Of a stretch of DNA of 64,000 bases, positions 24,214-37,792 are shown piece by piece. Numbering within the stretch: position 1 is the first letter of the stretch; each line of letters opens with the position of its first letter. The DNA lies in NCBI GenBank assembly GCA_004764695.1, contig SMSO01000007.1:1247270-1311269 (forward strand), written 5' to 3'. The notes under the pieces are model-generated. The model had not been told where the DNA came from. It saw nothing but the letters and a program-made list of their open reading frames with translations, and did no database searches. Made by a program: the position numbers and the translations under genes. This DNA is from Schizochytrium sp. TIO01. Taxonomy: Eukaryota; Protista; Bigyra: Labyrinthulomycetes.

Positions 24214-25895
24214 TACGACACTAACGTGTTCAACTCGGTTGTTTATTCCGTCAGGAATCAGCTCTGTTTTTTTTTATAACATTCACCCCCTCGGAGAGTC
24301 GTGTGAGGGATTGAACATGGAATTCCAAGTTGGAGACAGTTTATAAATTATGCTTTTCTGCCTCAGAAGGATTCTTTTAGAGGGTTGTGCTGCTAAAGGA
24401 GTAGATACGGTCAGTGGATTGTTCAAAAAAAAAAAATGAAGACTCCAAGTGAACTTTGAAAAAGGAAAATACATCTTTTCAAAGTCCGCAATATTTTTTG
24501 AATCACTTTTTTTTAAATCAGCTATGTTTGGCAAAACTCAGCGAGATGAAGTTTAAAAGTGGGCAACCCAGAATTTTCTTGCAATTTTTAAAAGAGTATT
24601 TTACATATATAAATCAAGTAGCACTCTCTGCTCTTAGAGAATCTTGACTTTCAATGACTGAAGTCGTAATATGACATTAGAAGTCAATTCTTAGCAATCA
24701 TTACCAAAACAAAATGTGATGATTTTGCGGCGTTTAAAACAACTTTTCAAGCAACTTTTTCTTACGAGAATTGGACCTTTATGACAGATGGAAACAGTTT
24801 GTTGATCAAGGAATTACAGGGGTCCGAGCTGCGTTCTATTTATTTGCACAGTAGTACCAAGCTATGTATAACCTTAGCATGACTGTTTTCCATTTGGCAA
24901 CACACCACCGGAGGCCAATGTTGATTCAGAAGCATTTATATGCCCCTGGATAAAATTTAATAGTCCGCAAAAATTAATAGAATCACACCTATCCTGTCAG
25001 GTGTCCTACAAGAAAATACCACCTCTTAGCACCTCGGTAATTTCTCATTATGCTGACAGGGAATCATGTATGCAATTCTCAGGCACGCGCATGTTTTCGA
25101 TTTAGGGAGAATACATGACGCTCGAATACCTACAAATAAGACGCATGCCGTAATTTGAGACACGATCTACAGACCTGTAAGGACAACTCGTCCCTCTCAC
25201 CACTCGGTGGACGCTTCGTTGACGGATTCACGATTAAGTAGTCCTATGCAGGCACCCAAAGAAAGATATAAGATGAAATCTCACTTTACTTATGCTTTCT
25301 TAGTTTTCTAAGTGAGCTAGCATATAGATTTAAATACTCTTGTTTCTCGAATCAAATCAACACATAGCTCTACTATATCGTTTCAAAATCGTATAATGCT
25401 TACAAAACATTACACACCCTCTCACACCCTCCCTAATTAAATGAACATAATCAGACCACCAAGTCCTCATAATAGGACGCGCAGTAAAGACTATTTGTTA
25501 AGAATGTATATGCTTTACACATTGAATCAATCTAAAAAAGCAGCAGCAGCTGTTCATGCTGACCGTGTTAAACAACAATAAAAGCAAACAGCTTTGTCAA
25601 TCTTACCGTCTGAGACTGGTAAGGTGTCCTACATGCCGTCTAGAAATCTATGTTTCTAAGGGCAGAAGGTGCTGGAACTCGCTTCTAATCGTTCGCAACA
25701 GTAGAACAAGAAGAAGTTTTGTTCAGAAATAGCATGGTGCATGTTGCATTGGGAAATGGTGTGTCATTGGTGGAGGGAGAGATAAGTAAGGGTTTGATCA
25801 AGTAAGTTGGTTACTTTTGTTTGTGCTTTCTGTAATTGTAGTAGTACCTAGTATTTTATTTTTTTGTCTTCATTCATCAGTCTTGTCGGGTAAAA

Positions 25896-27533
<1,638 letters not shown>

Positions 27534-29286
27534 TTATCTATGTATCGATTGTATGCATTGTTAGAAGCGCTTAACCAAATATGTGGATATTATTCCATTT
27601 ACCCCTCCATGGACTGATGATTCTCGAGATTGATCAGGATCAACAACAAGATTGACACCGAGATGGATTCTGCAGCTCGTGCGTCCTCACAGAGCAGGTC
27701 TCCGCTACAGCCGAGGTGTGCAGTCGAGAGAGGACCAAGCTGGGAGGGCACAGAGCACATGCTAAGTCAGTCCGCGTAATACACAGGAATGCCAAGACGG
27801 CTCGAGTGAGTGTGCATTGCAATTTTGCAATGCAAGAGGGTACCAACACAGCCTATCGCTAGCTAGCGCTGCGTAGTAATGAATGAAAGTGATACCTAGA
27901 GAGGAGATATTCTTCTCACTAAACTTCCTGTACTGAACAGTGATGAGTGGGAAAGCAAGTTGAGCACGGACAATTAATTAATTCATTAATTAATTATCTG
28001 CTGACGACGTGCTTGATTCCTCGAGTCATTTGGCGAGAGCGAGTATATCAAGGGCATCCAGAAGGTGCTGGCGAAAGTAGGGAAGGCGACGTGATAAAGG
28101 CAAAGGGTACACACGCAGTTGAATGAAAAGATACACACTACATGACTGACTACCCAGTGCTCGATTTTAGTTACGGAGGTGGTGACGAGAGTATAGAACT
28201 TTAGAGCTGTTTTTTTTAATGAATGTATCGCAGTTAATTTAGTCCTAGGAAGGCTATGAAGTTGCCCTCTTCGTGATTTTTTGACAAGCTGCCTAATCAC
28301 TTGTTTTGAAATGTTGATTGGAACTCTTTGATTGTTTCTAAAGTAAGATAAAACGATGATAAAGCAGCTATTTGGAAGGCCGCTTAGTGTTGTACGATCT
28401 AGAGACGGTTGCAAAATATTCTCCTGTCAACTAATAATAACAAAAGAAGAAATGTAGGCCTAGCACTATCGTAAATCAAGAGCTAGCAACATACGATTTA
28501 CTTAATCATTGGGAAGTCTGATTCTGAAGTGGATTATTTTATTTGTATTTTGATCATAAGTTCTACGGAAATCTCATTACTGGAAAATCTCGTGCATTCC
28601 AACGCCGTAACGTGAAGAACTTCGCTGCACAGAAAAGTCATGTCTCTGGATAGGCAAACGAATTGTCAAATGCTAGGCTATGCCTTCAATAGATATTCGA
28701 GTAGCGATTTAAAATGATAAATCAGTGCCAATCCATGGTAAATATAAATTCCCGTCTCTACTTTGGGAGGAGGGGCTACCAAGAAGTTATTATTGACGTG
28801 ATTTGGTTTTGTTTCTTTCTTTTTAGACGCTTAATGTGACCACCAACCAAAGTGTCGCATGGACAAAACAATGCCAGCCTCCCCAAAATACAATTGAAAT
28901 TGAATATCTCTGAAGGTGAGGACCCACACGACAACATATATTCCTGAGAAGTCAAATCTAACGAATCGAGATAGTCGAGGCACTAAATAAATGTTCGGGA
29001 AGATGGACCAAACTTGTTGCTTTCATTCTTTGCATTGCAGTATCAGTGTGAAACAGTTTACCTCAAATTCGTTTTCAAGGTCGGGGCTTAGATAACAAAG
29101 CATTCCGTAGTCTTCTTCAAGCCTTGTCAACTTGAATCTTCGGTTGATCGGAATTCAGGATCAGTATTGGAAAGGGCAGAACGTTGTCCTAGGGTTACTG
29201 AAATAGATTATATCAATACATATCTATCTAGATGAAATGATCTACTTCTTCCTCTCTAACTAAGTAAATAAATAAAGAGTTAGACT

Positions 29287-30720
29287 TTAATCTTCAAGGT
29301 CTGGCATATCTTCGAGATCAAGGGCGGCACGCTGGGCTGACTCAGATATCGAGGCCTTCTGTTCTTCTTCTCGCGCACGCGCATTCGCCTCATCCATCGG
29401 TTTGAAAATCTTGTTGTGAAAAAGGTTCTTCTCTTCCTCACGATACTTGCGCGTATACAAGCGCAATTTCTCTTCTAGTGAAACCATGTCTTTACGTAAT
29501 GCAGCTAGTGCTCGCTTTTGCTGACTGTCCAAAGAAAGATTCTTGTCTCTTCCATGCTCGTCTTGGACAAAAGAGTGCAGGACCTTGTAGTCCTCGCGTG
29601 CGGATTTGATCATATCCCATGCTTGCTCTAATACCCAGAACTCCCTTCGGTCCTCTTTACCAAACTCTCTTCGCAGCTGTGCACAATATACTTGAGCACG
29701 GCGGAAGAGTGCCTTTGGATTCTCTGCATCAATCTCCAGAGCTTGGTTGCAATCCCATAGAGCTTCATCTAACATGTCTAACTTGAGCTTGCACAGGGCA
29801 CGGTTGAGGTGCAATACCTGCTTGCAAGCGCTTACCCGCTCTTGCTCATCCTCCTTCAATGCATAAAGAAATTCTTCCTTGGAGAAATATATAGATACAA
29901 ATGCACGGTCGTACGATTTCTTCGCTTCTGCCCAATTGCTCTTTTTGAAGAGCTCATTGCCTGCTGCACGATCCTCTTCAGCTTGTTGGAGCCGCTCATC
30001 TACAGAGGGAGGAGGGTTAGCCTCGGCGCGAGCACGCTCCTCGGCCTCCCGTTCCAAACGCGATCGTTCGAGTTCCTGCCGCGATGGCACTGGAGGTAAG
30101 GCACGATCCCAGTCAAGCACTTCAAACTCAAATAAGACATGCTGGTTGGGCAAGACCTTCGGTGGATAACCATGAGACCCGTACGCAATTTCCGGAGCGC
30201 AGACAAATTCTGCAACTTCCCCTTTGCGCATAGTTAGAATTGCGGGATCCCATGCTGCACAACGCCCCATCGCGACGTACATAGGATCCATCATCTCTCG
30301 CTGATGATCGTCTTCCAGCGAATCCTCAGAAAAGCGACCTAGCATTAGTTCGTAGGGGTCATCGGTACCGCCAATGTGCTTTCCATTCACCATATCACGG
30401 GTCGTTTCAAAGATATTGTTCCATGCGTGAATCTCATCGTCCCAGAGGCGACCGACAATATGAATCCTTGTGGGACATCCAACAGAAGGCCCTTTGCTTC
30501 CTGGTGCTGCCGCACGCACAATTCTTTTCATGAGTTGAAAGTCCCCAGTCTCTGAGATATCCTCAAAACCCATATCCAACTGTTTTGAAATGAGATCAAT
30601 AGGCTTCAGTTTCTCACGGTTCTCCTTGCGTACACAATGAGCGCATCTCTCCCCGCGAAACCTTACAAGGTTCTTGCCTCGGCCTCCGCAGCTTTTGCAT
30701 TCTTGCACACGGTGTGCCAT
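29287..30720 (-). CDS. FKBP-type peptidyl-prolyl isomerase domain + TPR co-chaperone (immunophilin) with N-terminal CxxC/CxxC motif
   Basis: FKBP motif WDPAILTMRKGEVAEFVCAPEIAYG..GYPPKVLPNQHVLFEFEVLDW; TPR motifs AGNELFKK, LHLNRALCKLKL and NPKALFRRAQ. First ATG is at 30720 in AAGATGG context (477 aa). Confidence 0.9.
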   Translation of the reverse strand: MAHRVQECKSCGGRGKNLVRFRGERCAHCVRKENREKLKPIDLISKQLDMGFEDISETGDFQLMKRIVRAAAPGSKGPSVGCPTRIHIVGRLWDDEIHAWNNIFETTRDMVNGKHIGGTDDPYELMLGRFSEDSLEDDHQREMMDPMYVAMGRCAAWDPAILTMRKGEVAEFVCAPEIAYGSHGYPPKVLPNQHVLFEFEVLDWDRALPPVPSRQELERSRLEREAEERARAEANPPPSVDERLQQAEEDRAAGNELFKKSNWAEAKKSYDRAFVSIYFSKEEFLYALKEDEQERVSACKQVLHLNRALCKLKLDMLDEALWDCNQALEIDAENPKALFRRAQVYCAQLRREFGKEDRREFWVLEQAWDMIKSAREDYKVLHSFVQDEHGRDKNLSLDSQQKRALAALRKDMVSLEEKLRLYTRKYREEEKNLFHNKIFKPMDEANARAREEEQKASISESAQRAALDLEDMPDLED

Positions 30721-31008
30721 CTTCGCAAGCTTTTTCCCGTCGCCCGAGTTTCCCTCTAGTCTCGGCCACAGGTTTTCCCGCGTGCTCACAAACACCTTCG
30801 CCGTAGCTTCAATCAGCTCATGCAGCTGTTTTCCTCCTTTGGTTTCTCCCAAGCCCGTCTCGCTCCAGCCCCAAACCTGTCTTTACAGGCAGGTCTCGCA
30901 AATCGAAATCGCCCACCCTGGTCGTCGCATCGTTGTCGTCGCACACCCTCTTACCACAAACCCCTATCTGGCCCTACCTGACCTTCAAGAAGACCGTTTA
31001 TGAAAGGC

Positions 31009-31056
31009 CTGCGCAACCCCTTTTCTGCGGAACCCTTTTCCCGCGCAACCCTTTTC
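31009..31056 (-). promoter_or_regulatory. Three tandem 16-bp units carrying the GGGTTGCGCAG motif in the divergent FKBP/EIPR1 intergenic region
   Basis: ctgcgcaacccctttt-ctgcggaacccttttc-ccgcgcaacccttttc. Confidence 0.55.
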
Positions 31057-31397
31057 TATTCTGCCGATCGCTAACGTAGCTACTGCCTTAGCACGCCATA
31101 TATATCCATAGCTAAGAGTGCTTCTCTAGCTAGGTATCGTAGAGAGCACTAGATACGCTTAGGCCTACTAGTAATATTAGATTGTGATCATTACCAATGT
31201 TGACTATGGAAATCAGAGTCGAATCGAACAAGATCTACAGCAGTGGACAAGTTGGCGTGCGACGCGTGGGTAAACTGCGCACTCGCAGAGTAATTCTGCC
31301 GCTGCAGGTATTGGTGGTGGGAACAAGGAAGGATAGGATCTGAAGGGAAAAGGGCTCGAGGCAGCTAGCTGAGCGAACGTAAAGGCCGAAAGCGAGG

Positions 31398-32747
31398 ATG
31401 TTTTCAACAAGTGCAGCAGTATTTGGGGTCAGCTCGGATAAGGCCTGCCGGTGCGTGGAGGCTCTGGTTGCGAAGTCGACTGGAGACAGTGAAGAATTTG
31501 AAGAGTCGCAAGACCTCGATGCAGGCCTTGATGATTTTGATGATGTTGCTGGTAGCCCTGACCGGCATCTGTTTTTAGTAGGCACCCAGAAACTTAGTGC
31601 TGGTAACTCTAATGAAATCCATGTCATAGAATATCTCGAGGAGGGCAACCGCATTGAGAGCCGCGTGAGAATGTCGCACCCTGGTGAGGTTTGGCAGATC
31701 GCACCGCACCCAAGCAAAAGGGATCTTTTATTAACTGTTGGGGGTTCCGATGTGGCTCGTCAAGGAACACTTTTTCGCATGGATATTGAGGAGGGCCAGC
31801 TCGACGAGCTTGCCAAGGTCCCATTGACACCGGATGACAGCCCACTGCGAAAAATCATGTGGCATCCTCCTGAAAATCTTGCAACTACAGACCTTAATGC
31901 GGAAGAGCTGACAGAAAGATTTCTGTCCGTGCACGAGGATTTCGTGCGTCTCTGGGATGTTGAAAGCAGTCTCTCCCGAATGGATGACATTGGAACGTGT
32001 TCACTACCTGGAAGAAATAGGTCAGGCGCTGCTCGTTGGAGCCCACACCACATCCACGAAGTATCAGTGGGCTCTGGAGAACAAGTTGTAGGACTTGATT
32101 TACGCTCGATGGAAGTGATACGTCGTATTGATGGTGCTCACCGACTTGGCGTCCGTGACATTGATTATAACCCGAACAAACCTTACCATCTTGTCACTGC
32201 AGGTGAGGATCGCCGAATTAAATTCTGGGACGTACGCAAACCCGACCAGCCCTTGAAAGTAGTTGTGGCACATAATCACTGGGTCACAACTGCTCGCTAT
32301 AACAGATTTCATGACCAACTTGTGTTATCTGCAGGAACAGATGCCCATGTCTCCCTCTGGCGCCTTTCTTCGATTTCCTCAGCTCCGCTTCTCGGCCTTG
32401 ATGACGATGATGACGATGAGAATGGTAGTGCTAACAATGATGATAACAGCAGCGGCATTGGTGGAGATGACGAGGATTATAGTATGAATGTGAGAGGTGG
32501 TTCACGCCGAAGTGGTCAAGACGATGGAGACCGCTACTCGCACCGTGGAGAAGACATCAGTGGTGGAAGCGGACAGGCTAACGAGACAGCTGATGGCTTA
32601 GTTAAAACTTTTGAAGAACATGACGATAGTGTATACAGCGTTGCCTGGAGTGCAGCCGAAGCTTGGGTCTTTGCTTCACTATCGCTCGACGGCAAACTCG
32701 TTATCAACCATGTTCCATCAGCCGAAAAGTACAAAATTCTTTTATAG
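31398..32747 (+). CDS. EIPR1: EARP/GARP-interacting WD40 protein EIPR1 (TSSC1)
   Basis: FLVGTQ...NEIH, HPGEVW, VRDIDYNPNKPYHLVTAGED, HNHWV...RYNRFHDQLVLSAGTD, EEHDDSVYSVAWS and C-terminal VPSAEKYKILL, all typical of TSSC1/EIPR1. Confidence 0.92.
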   Translation: MFSTSAAVFGVSSDKACRCVEALVAKSTGDSEEFEESQDLDAGLDDFDDVAGSPDRHLFLVGTQKLSAGNSNEIHVIEYLEEGNRIESRVRMSHPGEVWQIAPHPSKRDLLLTVGGSDVARQGTLFRMDIEEGQLDELAKVPLTPDDSPLRKIMWHPPENLATTDLNAEELTERFLSVHEDFVRLWDVESSLSRMDDIGTCSLPGRNRSGAARWSPHHIHEVSVGSGEQVVGLDLRSMEVIRRIDGAHRLGVRDIDYNPNKPYHLVTAGEDRRIKFWDVRKPDQPLKVVVAHNHWVTTARYNRFHDQLVLSAGTDAHVSLWRLSSISSAPLLGLDDDDDDENGSANNDDNSSGIGGDDEDYSMNVRGGSRRSGQDDGDRYSHRGEDISGGSGQANETADGLVKTFEEHDDSVYSVAWSAAEAWVFASLSLDGKLVINHVPSAEKYKILL

Positions 32748-32758
32748 ATATGCCTAGA

Positions 32759-32785
32759 TTGTTTGTTTGTTTGTTTGTTTGTTTT
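32759..32785. repeat. (TTTG)n microsatellite just downstream of EIPR1 stop
   Basis: Read directly from the sequence. Confidence 0.9.
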
Positions 32786-33157
32786 TTTAAAAGAAAGTAA
32801 GTAATGAATGATTGTTCGCGATTTTGTTTGTTTGTGTTTTTGGCCACGAAAGGACTAAAGTTCAAGGTACAAAAGAACTTGGTACCCGTTCAAAGGGTCT
32901 CGTTTTGAGCAGAGTTTGTATTAAATGATGAATGGCGCGTCCCGTCAAAGGAGAATAAGACAATACTCAAACCATTCGGAATGGTTTGCGCTACTGAAGT
33001 ATCACGCGATCAGTATTAAATGTTTTGCTCCCAAGTACAGGAAATGATACCGAGATATACACACACATCTAACGTTGGGCAGCACAGAGGCATCAGTCAA
33101 CCTGGCCATCTGAGTCGTGTGATCTGTGTTTCGTATTGGCAGCAAAAAATCCAGTGC

Positions 33158-35755
33158 TCACTCCCGGCGAAGCCGCTTGCGCACAGGTCCATCTGCCTCT
33201 GATTCAGAGGCTCCCTTTTTGTCATTATCCTTGGAGGTTCTTCGCCTGCGTTCCTTATGTTCTTCTCGTGAATCACGGGAGGAGTCGCGGCGTCCTCGTG
33301 AGCGACGTTGTCGATATGACCTGCCGCGGGACTCAGAACTGCTGCCTGAAGATGATGATCCTGTGGAGGAACGGCTTGACCGGGAACTCCCGCTGCTACG
33401 GCTACTACGGCTACTTCCAGAGCTACGGCTACTTCCAGAGGATGATGAGCTGTAGGATGAACGGGAATCGCTATCACTTCCCGATGAGCTCGACTCACTA
33501 TCACTACTGCTGTCTTGATCCTTGGTTCGAGAAGCAGGCTGAGTGAGGGCAGTGCGTGGTGCATTCTTAAAATACGTACGCATGTTGTCCGTAAGAGGAC
33601 CTAAACCACACATTGTGAAAAAATTGATGGCAAAGCGCGTATCCTGAAGGTTGTCACCCATGGGCAATAGATAACGAAAGGTCTCCGTCATATCTGGGTC
33701 CAGGAACCGGCCTCGGAGGCGCAAAGTGCCCATCTCCTCAGCCATATCCTGACACAAAAACTTTACAAAGATACGACTAGCTGGCGTCGTTTCCCGTTCG
33801 TTCATATGCACATTCTCGAAAACAGTCCAAGGTAAAGCATCGTTGCTCAATAGATGAGCAAAAAGTTTTGCTACGTTGCGTAACATATTCGTCTCTAACC
33901 GATGAATAGACTTGTATTGCTCTGCAAAGGCATCCATGAAGCACTCCTGGTACACTCGTGAGTAACGGCAAAGACGCTGTGCAATCAAGGCGTGATATCG
34001 GTTGAAGGTTTTCTCTTGACTACAGCATTCAATGATCATGTTCGCGAGCTCAGACTCGCGACCACGAGGGATCTGAAGCTTAATGAGCTTATGGGCGGCC
34101 TCTTCGAAAGTAAGAGAAGACATGATTGTCAGATAAATATTTCTCCGCAATGCAACAAGCTCGGATTCAGAAAGATCCTCAATTTCCATTTTACCTGCAG
34201 CTGCATCTGATGATGACGTTGCAGCACCTCCTGCATTAACCGCAGCTGCATTTCTGTCTGTGCCTTTGCTGCCACTGAAACTGTCCTCAGAGGCACTGGA
34301 ATCACTTGAGCCTCCACTGCTTTCTGTATCGGACTCACTCCCACTGCTTCCACTGGATTTGCTATCATCCTCACTACTGCTACTACTTACGCCACCAAGG
34401 ATTTCTTTTTGAATAGACTTCCACATCATCTCGTTTTGCTTGAATTTGGAGTCCTTTGTAAATTTATTAAGATAATCCTGAGGGTCCAGCTCATCGTCGA
34501 GACCAATCTCATGCACAATGCGATCATTTTCCTCGACTAAATCCAAATTAGGTTTCAGGATTGCCGGGTAACCATCAAAATTCTTTTTCCGTATCTCAAA
34601 GAGATTTTCGATCATGTACTGTACACGTTCAGACACCATGCCTTCTTGTAGCAAGGTGCGAAACTGCTCAAAGATCACATGCATACCGCTCGGGACAGAG
34701 TCACCGAGGTGTTCGCCGACCTGCTTAGTAAATTCAATTGCAACCTCAACAGAGTCATCTGTAGGGCGTGCTAACAGCAGGTGAATAACCTCCAAAGCAA
34801 GTAAATCATGTGCCACCTGTTGGTTCACAAGGTGTGCGATAAAGCGTACAAGCGCCGTTGTTTCGGGTTTGTTCTGTTTCTGCAGAGCTTGACGGAAGTT
34901 AACCACGACGCGCGACACCAAAAGTTCCCCAACTTCTGGCAATTTAGTATTGATCACAGCGGCGATTGCAGCATATACTGGCGTGTAACCAACAGAAGCG
35001 ACTTGGGCTTTCATGAGAGCACGCACGAGCAGGCCTTTGCCACGTACCAGGTTGTATTCAAAAAAGCCTGGCAAGATGCTTTGTATGTTTTCGTTTGTCA
35101 CACGGTTCACTAAGCCATTTAATCCTTTCAGTAAACTAAGCCAGGTTATTTGTTGGCGTTCTTCGGTGGTCCGACGCATCTTCGCCTTTGCCATAGCGCG
35201 CTCCAGCTCCTTTTGACGATATGGCGGCATGTAGAGACCAAGCCGATGCTTCCGATATGATAACGTCACGCGCTTGGACCATTGATGTTTCCTTGTTATC
35301 GTTGTATCTGAGGCTTGAGATAATTGGTCTTCACTGCCACTCTGCTGGCTCCGCGGAGAGGATCTAGAATACCTGGATTTATCGCGTGGCGGATCTCGGA
35401 GATCACTGCGATCCCGGTATTCGCTGCTCAAGCTCACTTGACGTCGAAACCCTACAGATGACCTATCATCGGGTTTATCATCATCAATGTCTGCTTCGAA
35501 CCCCACACTGCTGCATCTTCTTACAAGACGTGGGCTCAATGATCTCTCTCCCGAGCTTTCCTGGCGAGCGAGTTCCTTCGCATGGGAGACTGCAGCGACT
35601 GCAGCTGCTGCTGGGGACTGGGGGTCAGGAGATCGACGTTCGCGTTCTGATTCTGAAGATGACGAGGAAGACGAACTTTGTGCACTTGCTCGGGTGGCTG
35701 TCGATGCCTTTGAATCAGCTGATGATTCGGAGCTCGATCTGGACCTCTTTGCCAT
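33158..35755 (-). CDS. CWC22: Pre-mRNA-splicing factor CWC22 (MIF4G + MA3 domains, Ser/Arg-rich termini)
   Basis: GLYMPP, NGLVNRV, NLVRGKGLL, AHLVNQQVAH, LRRNIYLTIMSSLTFEEAAHKL, IIECCSQEKT, LRNVAKLFAHLL and RFAINFFT. Confidence 0.96.
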   Translation of the reverse strand: MAKRSRSSSESSADSKASTATRASAQSSSSSSSSESERERRSPDPQSPAAAAVAAVSHAKELARQESSGERSLSPRLVRRCSSVGFEADIDDDKPDDRSSVGFRRQVSLSSEYRDRSDLRDPPRDKSRYSRSSPRSQQSGSEDQLSQASDTTITRKHQWSKRVTLSYRKHRLGLYMPPYRQKELERAMAKAKMRRTTEERQQITWLSLLKGLNGLVNRVTNENIQSILPGFFEYNLVRGKGLLVRALMKAQVASVGYTPVYAAIAAVINTKLPEVGELLVSRVVVNFRQALQKQNKPETTALVRFIAHLVNQQVAHDLLALEVIHLLLARPTDDSVEVAIEFTKQVGEHLGDSVPSGMHVIFEQFRTLLQEGMVSERVQYMIENLFEIRKKNFDGYPAILKPNLDLVEENDRIVHEIGLDDELDPQDYLNKFTKDSKFKQNEMMWKSIQKEILGGVSSSSSEDDSKSSGSSGSESDTESSGGSSDSSASEDSFSGSKGTDRNAAAVNAGGAATSSSDAAAGKMEIEDLSESELVALRRNIYLTIMSSLTFEEAAHKLIKLQIPRGRESELANMIIECCSQEKTFNRYHALIAQRLCRYSRVYQECFMDAFAEQYKSIHRLETNMLRNVAKLFAHLLSNDALPWTVFENVHMNERETTPASRIFVKFLCQDMAEEMGTLRLRGRFLDPDMTETFRYLLPMGDNLQDTRFAINFFTMCGLGPLTDNMRTYFKNAPRTALTQPASRTKDQDSSSDSESSSSGSDSDSRSSYSSSSSGSSRSSGSSRSSRSSGSSRSSRSSTGSSSSGSSSESRGRSYRQRRSRGRRDSSRDSREEHKERRRRTSKDNDKKGASESEADGPVRKRLRRE

Positions 35756-37747
35756 CGTAGCTCTTATTTTTTATTTTTGTATGAACAAAGTGCAATAATT
35801 AGCAAGTACTTTTGTAAAAGCTGTCTCGTGCTTTGAAGTAGTGCTCTTATTGAGGTATCGTAAATTCGCAATATGACCAAAGCCTCAGCTAGAAGCTAGC
35901 TTCACAATCCGTCAATCTCGTCAGCAGGGATACGAAACGAATTATTAGTAAAAGCTGGCTAGATGAGTAAACTACTATATTACCCTCCTTCGGAATGTCC
36001 CAGAGCTACAAGATGAACAAATCGAACGTATCAGATCAAGTGATCCTCTACACCCCTGAGATTCTGGATATCGAGAACCTTCAAACAGTACGAGCCCGGA
36101 GGCGGGCCGAAACGTGAGAGCGAGGAGCTTTCTCGAGATGCTTGTCTGCTCGCTAGCTTGGTCGCTTTTCCAAGGTGACACCACGGCGCGGAGCGCGAGG
36201 ACCTCTTGCAGATCCCAGAAAAGGGTCTATACGCGCCCCCTCGATGCAGCCCTCACCGCTCACGAGGCCAATTTGATCGCGCTTTGTGGTCTTAACGCCG
36301 TCTCGATCGTTCGTCAATCAATCATCGATCACTCGCAGCCTTCTCAACTTCTCTACTTGTACTCTCTATTCTCTACTTGCTATGTATATACTTAACTTGC
36401 TCCTTATGCAGTAAATCTCTATAGTGTACTTATACAGAGTATACTCCATAGTATAGTTTCAGGGAGCCTGAGCTTTTTGTTCTACTGTATGCCATGTGTA
36501 TACTCCACTTTCCTACGTCTATATCCTACTTTCCACCATGGCTTTGTTCTACTAGCGCCAAAGTCAATCTATCAAGCTAGAGCAACAATTGCGTGCTGGG
36601 CCAAGAAAGGAAAAGACACCATGAAGCTTCATCAAAGCAGCACGAGGACCAGAATAAATGCACATCATGTAATGAATGATGCACGCAGCCAAATGGCAGT
36701 ACCACCTGGTGTCTGACAAGAGGCCGAGGAGGAGTTCTCTCATGCTGACTTGATCGAGGCACTGCCTTCCATTAATTGCACGGCGCTTCAAGAAGCTCTC
36801 TCACTTTACTACATTTCAGGCACGAGCTGGCAAATTAAACACGTAGTACATAAATCTCAAGGAGCGCACCATGGCGATCAAGCAGCATTTCGCGAAGTTG
36901 ATGCGAGACAAATGGAGTGAGCGAAACCTAAGTCCCACGCATCCCTTTTGCTGTAATTTGGCCGCAACATGAATAAGTTATCATATAAATTTATGCGGAC
37001 ATGATGAAGATGTCCGACACTTGTGCGCTGTTGCAAGGTAGACTGAGACCTACCTGCCACGACAATTTAGTTCAGAGTTCTTGCGGTGTGAGCGATTGAT
37101 TCTTCTGCAAGTCGAAGGTTTGAGCGGAGTCGCAGCCTCCAATTAGTAGAGGTTCTCGTGGAAAAGTAAGTACCTATGGGAGTCCTACGGAGGTGCGTAC
37201 TCTTTGATTGGTCGCGTACGCTTCGAGTTTCTTTCCAGGCACCCTTAGGTTTGGAGGAGACAATGGAGACTCGCACTGGCAGGGAAAGCAGCTGTGCGAG
37301 CAGGAGAGCTGGCATCGCACAGGCACTTGGTCTGACTATTTCACAAAGCTAGTTTTTAATTTTATGATGTTGTTCAGACTTAAGATGGCCATTGAAACCT
37401 TGACCAATGGTAGCAGCTTCAAGCCATCATCACATCATGTGGGAAGTTGGGACATGCTCTACGCGGCCATCTGCCAACGAAGACGTGCAAACTTCGAAAC
37501 AGAGCTCTGGCACCCCCGCCAAACGAACCAAAGCAAAATCGCCGTGAGCCTTGGCATACCCAAGTATCGAGTTAATGCAAAGCCCGTCAAGGCAAGCTCA
37601 CTGCACTCCGAAGCAAGTCTTTCTACTGAAACGATGTGTTCCCTGTCTACAAGTCGAGCATAGAACACACAGCCCAGCCTCCAGTACAAGCCGTGTCTAC
37701 ATCCATCGCAGACATTTCGTCAAACCTTCCTGAAAGAGTTGCAACGC

Positions 37748-37792
37748 ACACACACAGACACAGACAGAGACAGAGACAGAGACAGAGACACA
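37748..37792. repeat. (AGAGAC/AGACAC)n hexanucleotide microsatellite
   Basis: Read directly from the sequence. Confidence 0.9.

Noticed and set aside
33097-33564. Overlapping alternative-frame and antisense ORFs at the CWC22 3' end
   Set aside because: Produced by the low-complexity Ser/Arg codon repeats of CWC22.
35940-35960. Minus-strand GCTTTTACTAA resembling U5 snRNA loop 1
   Set aside because: Does not match the invariant GCCTTTTAC loop and lacks the closing stem.
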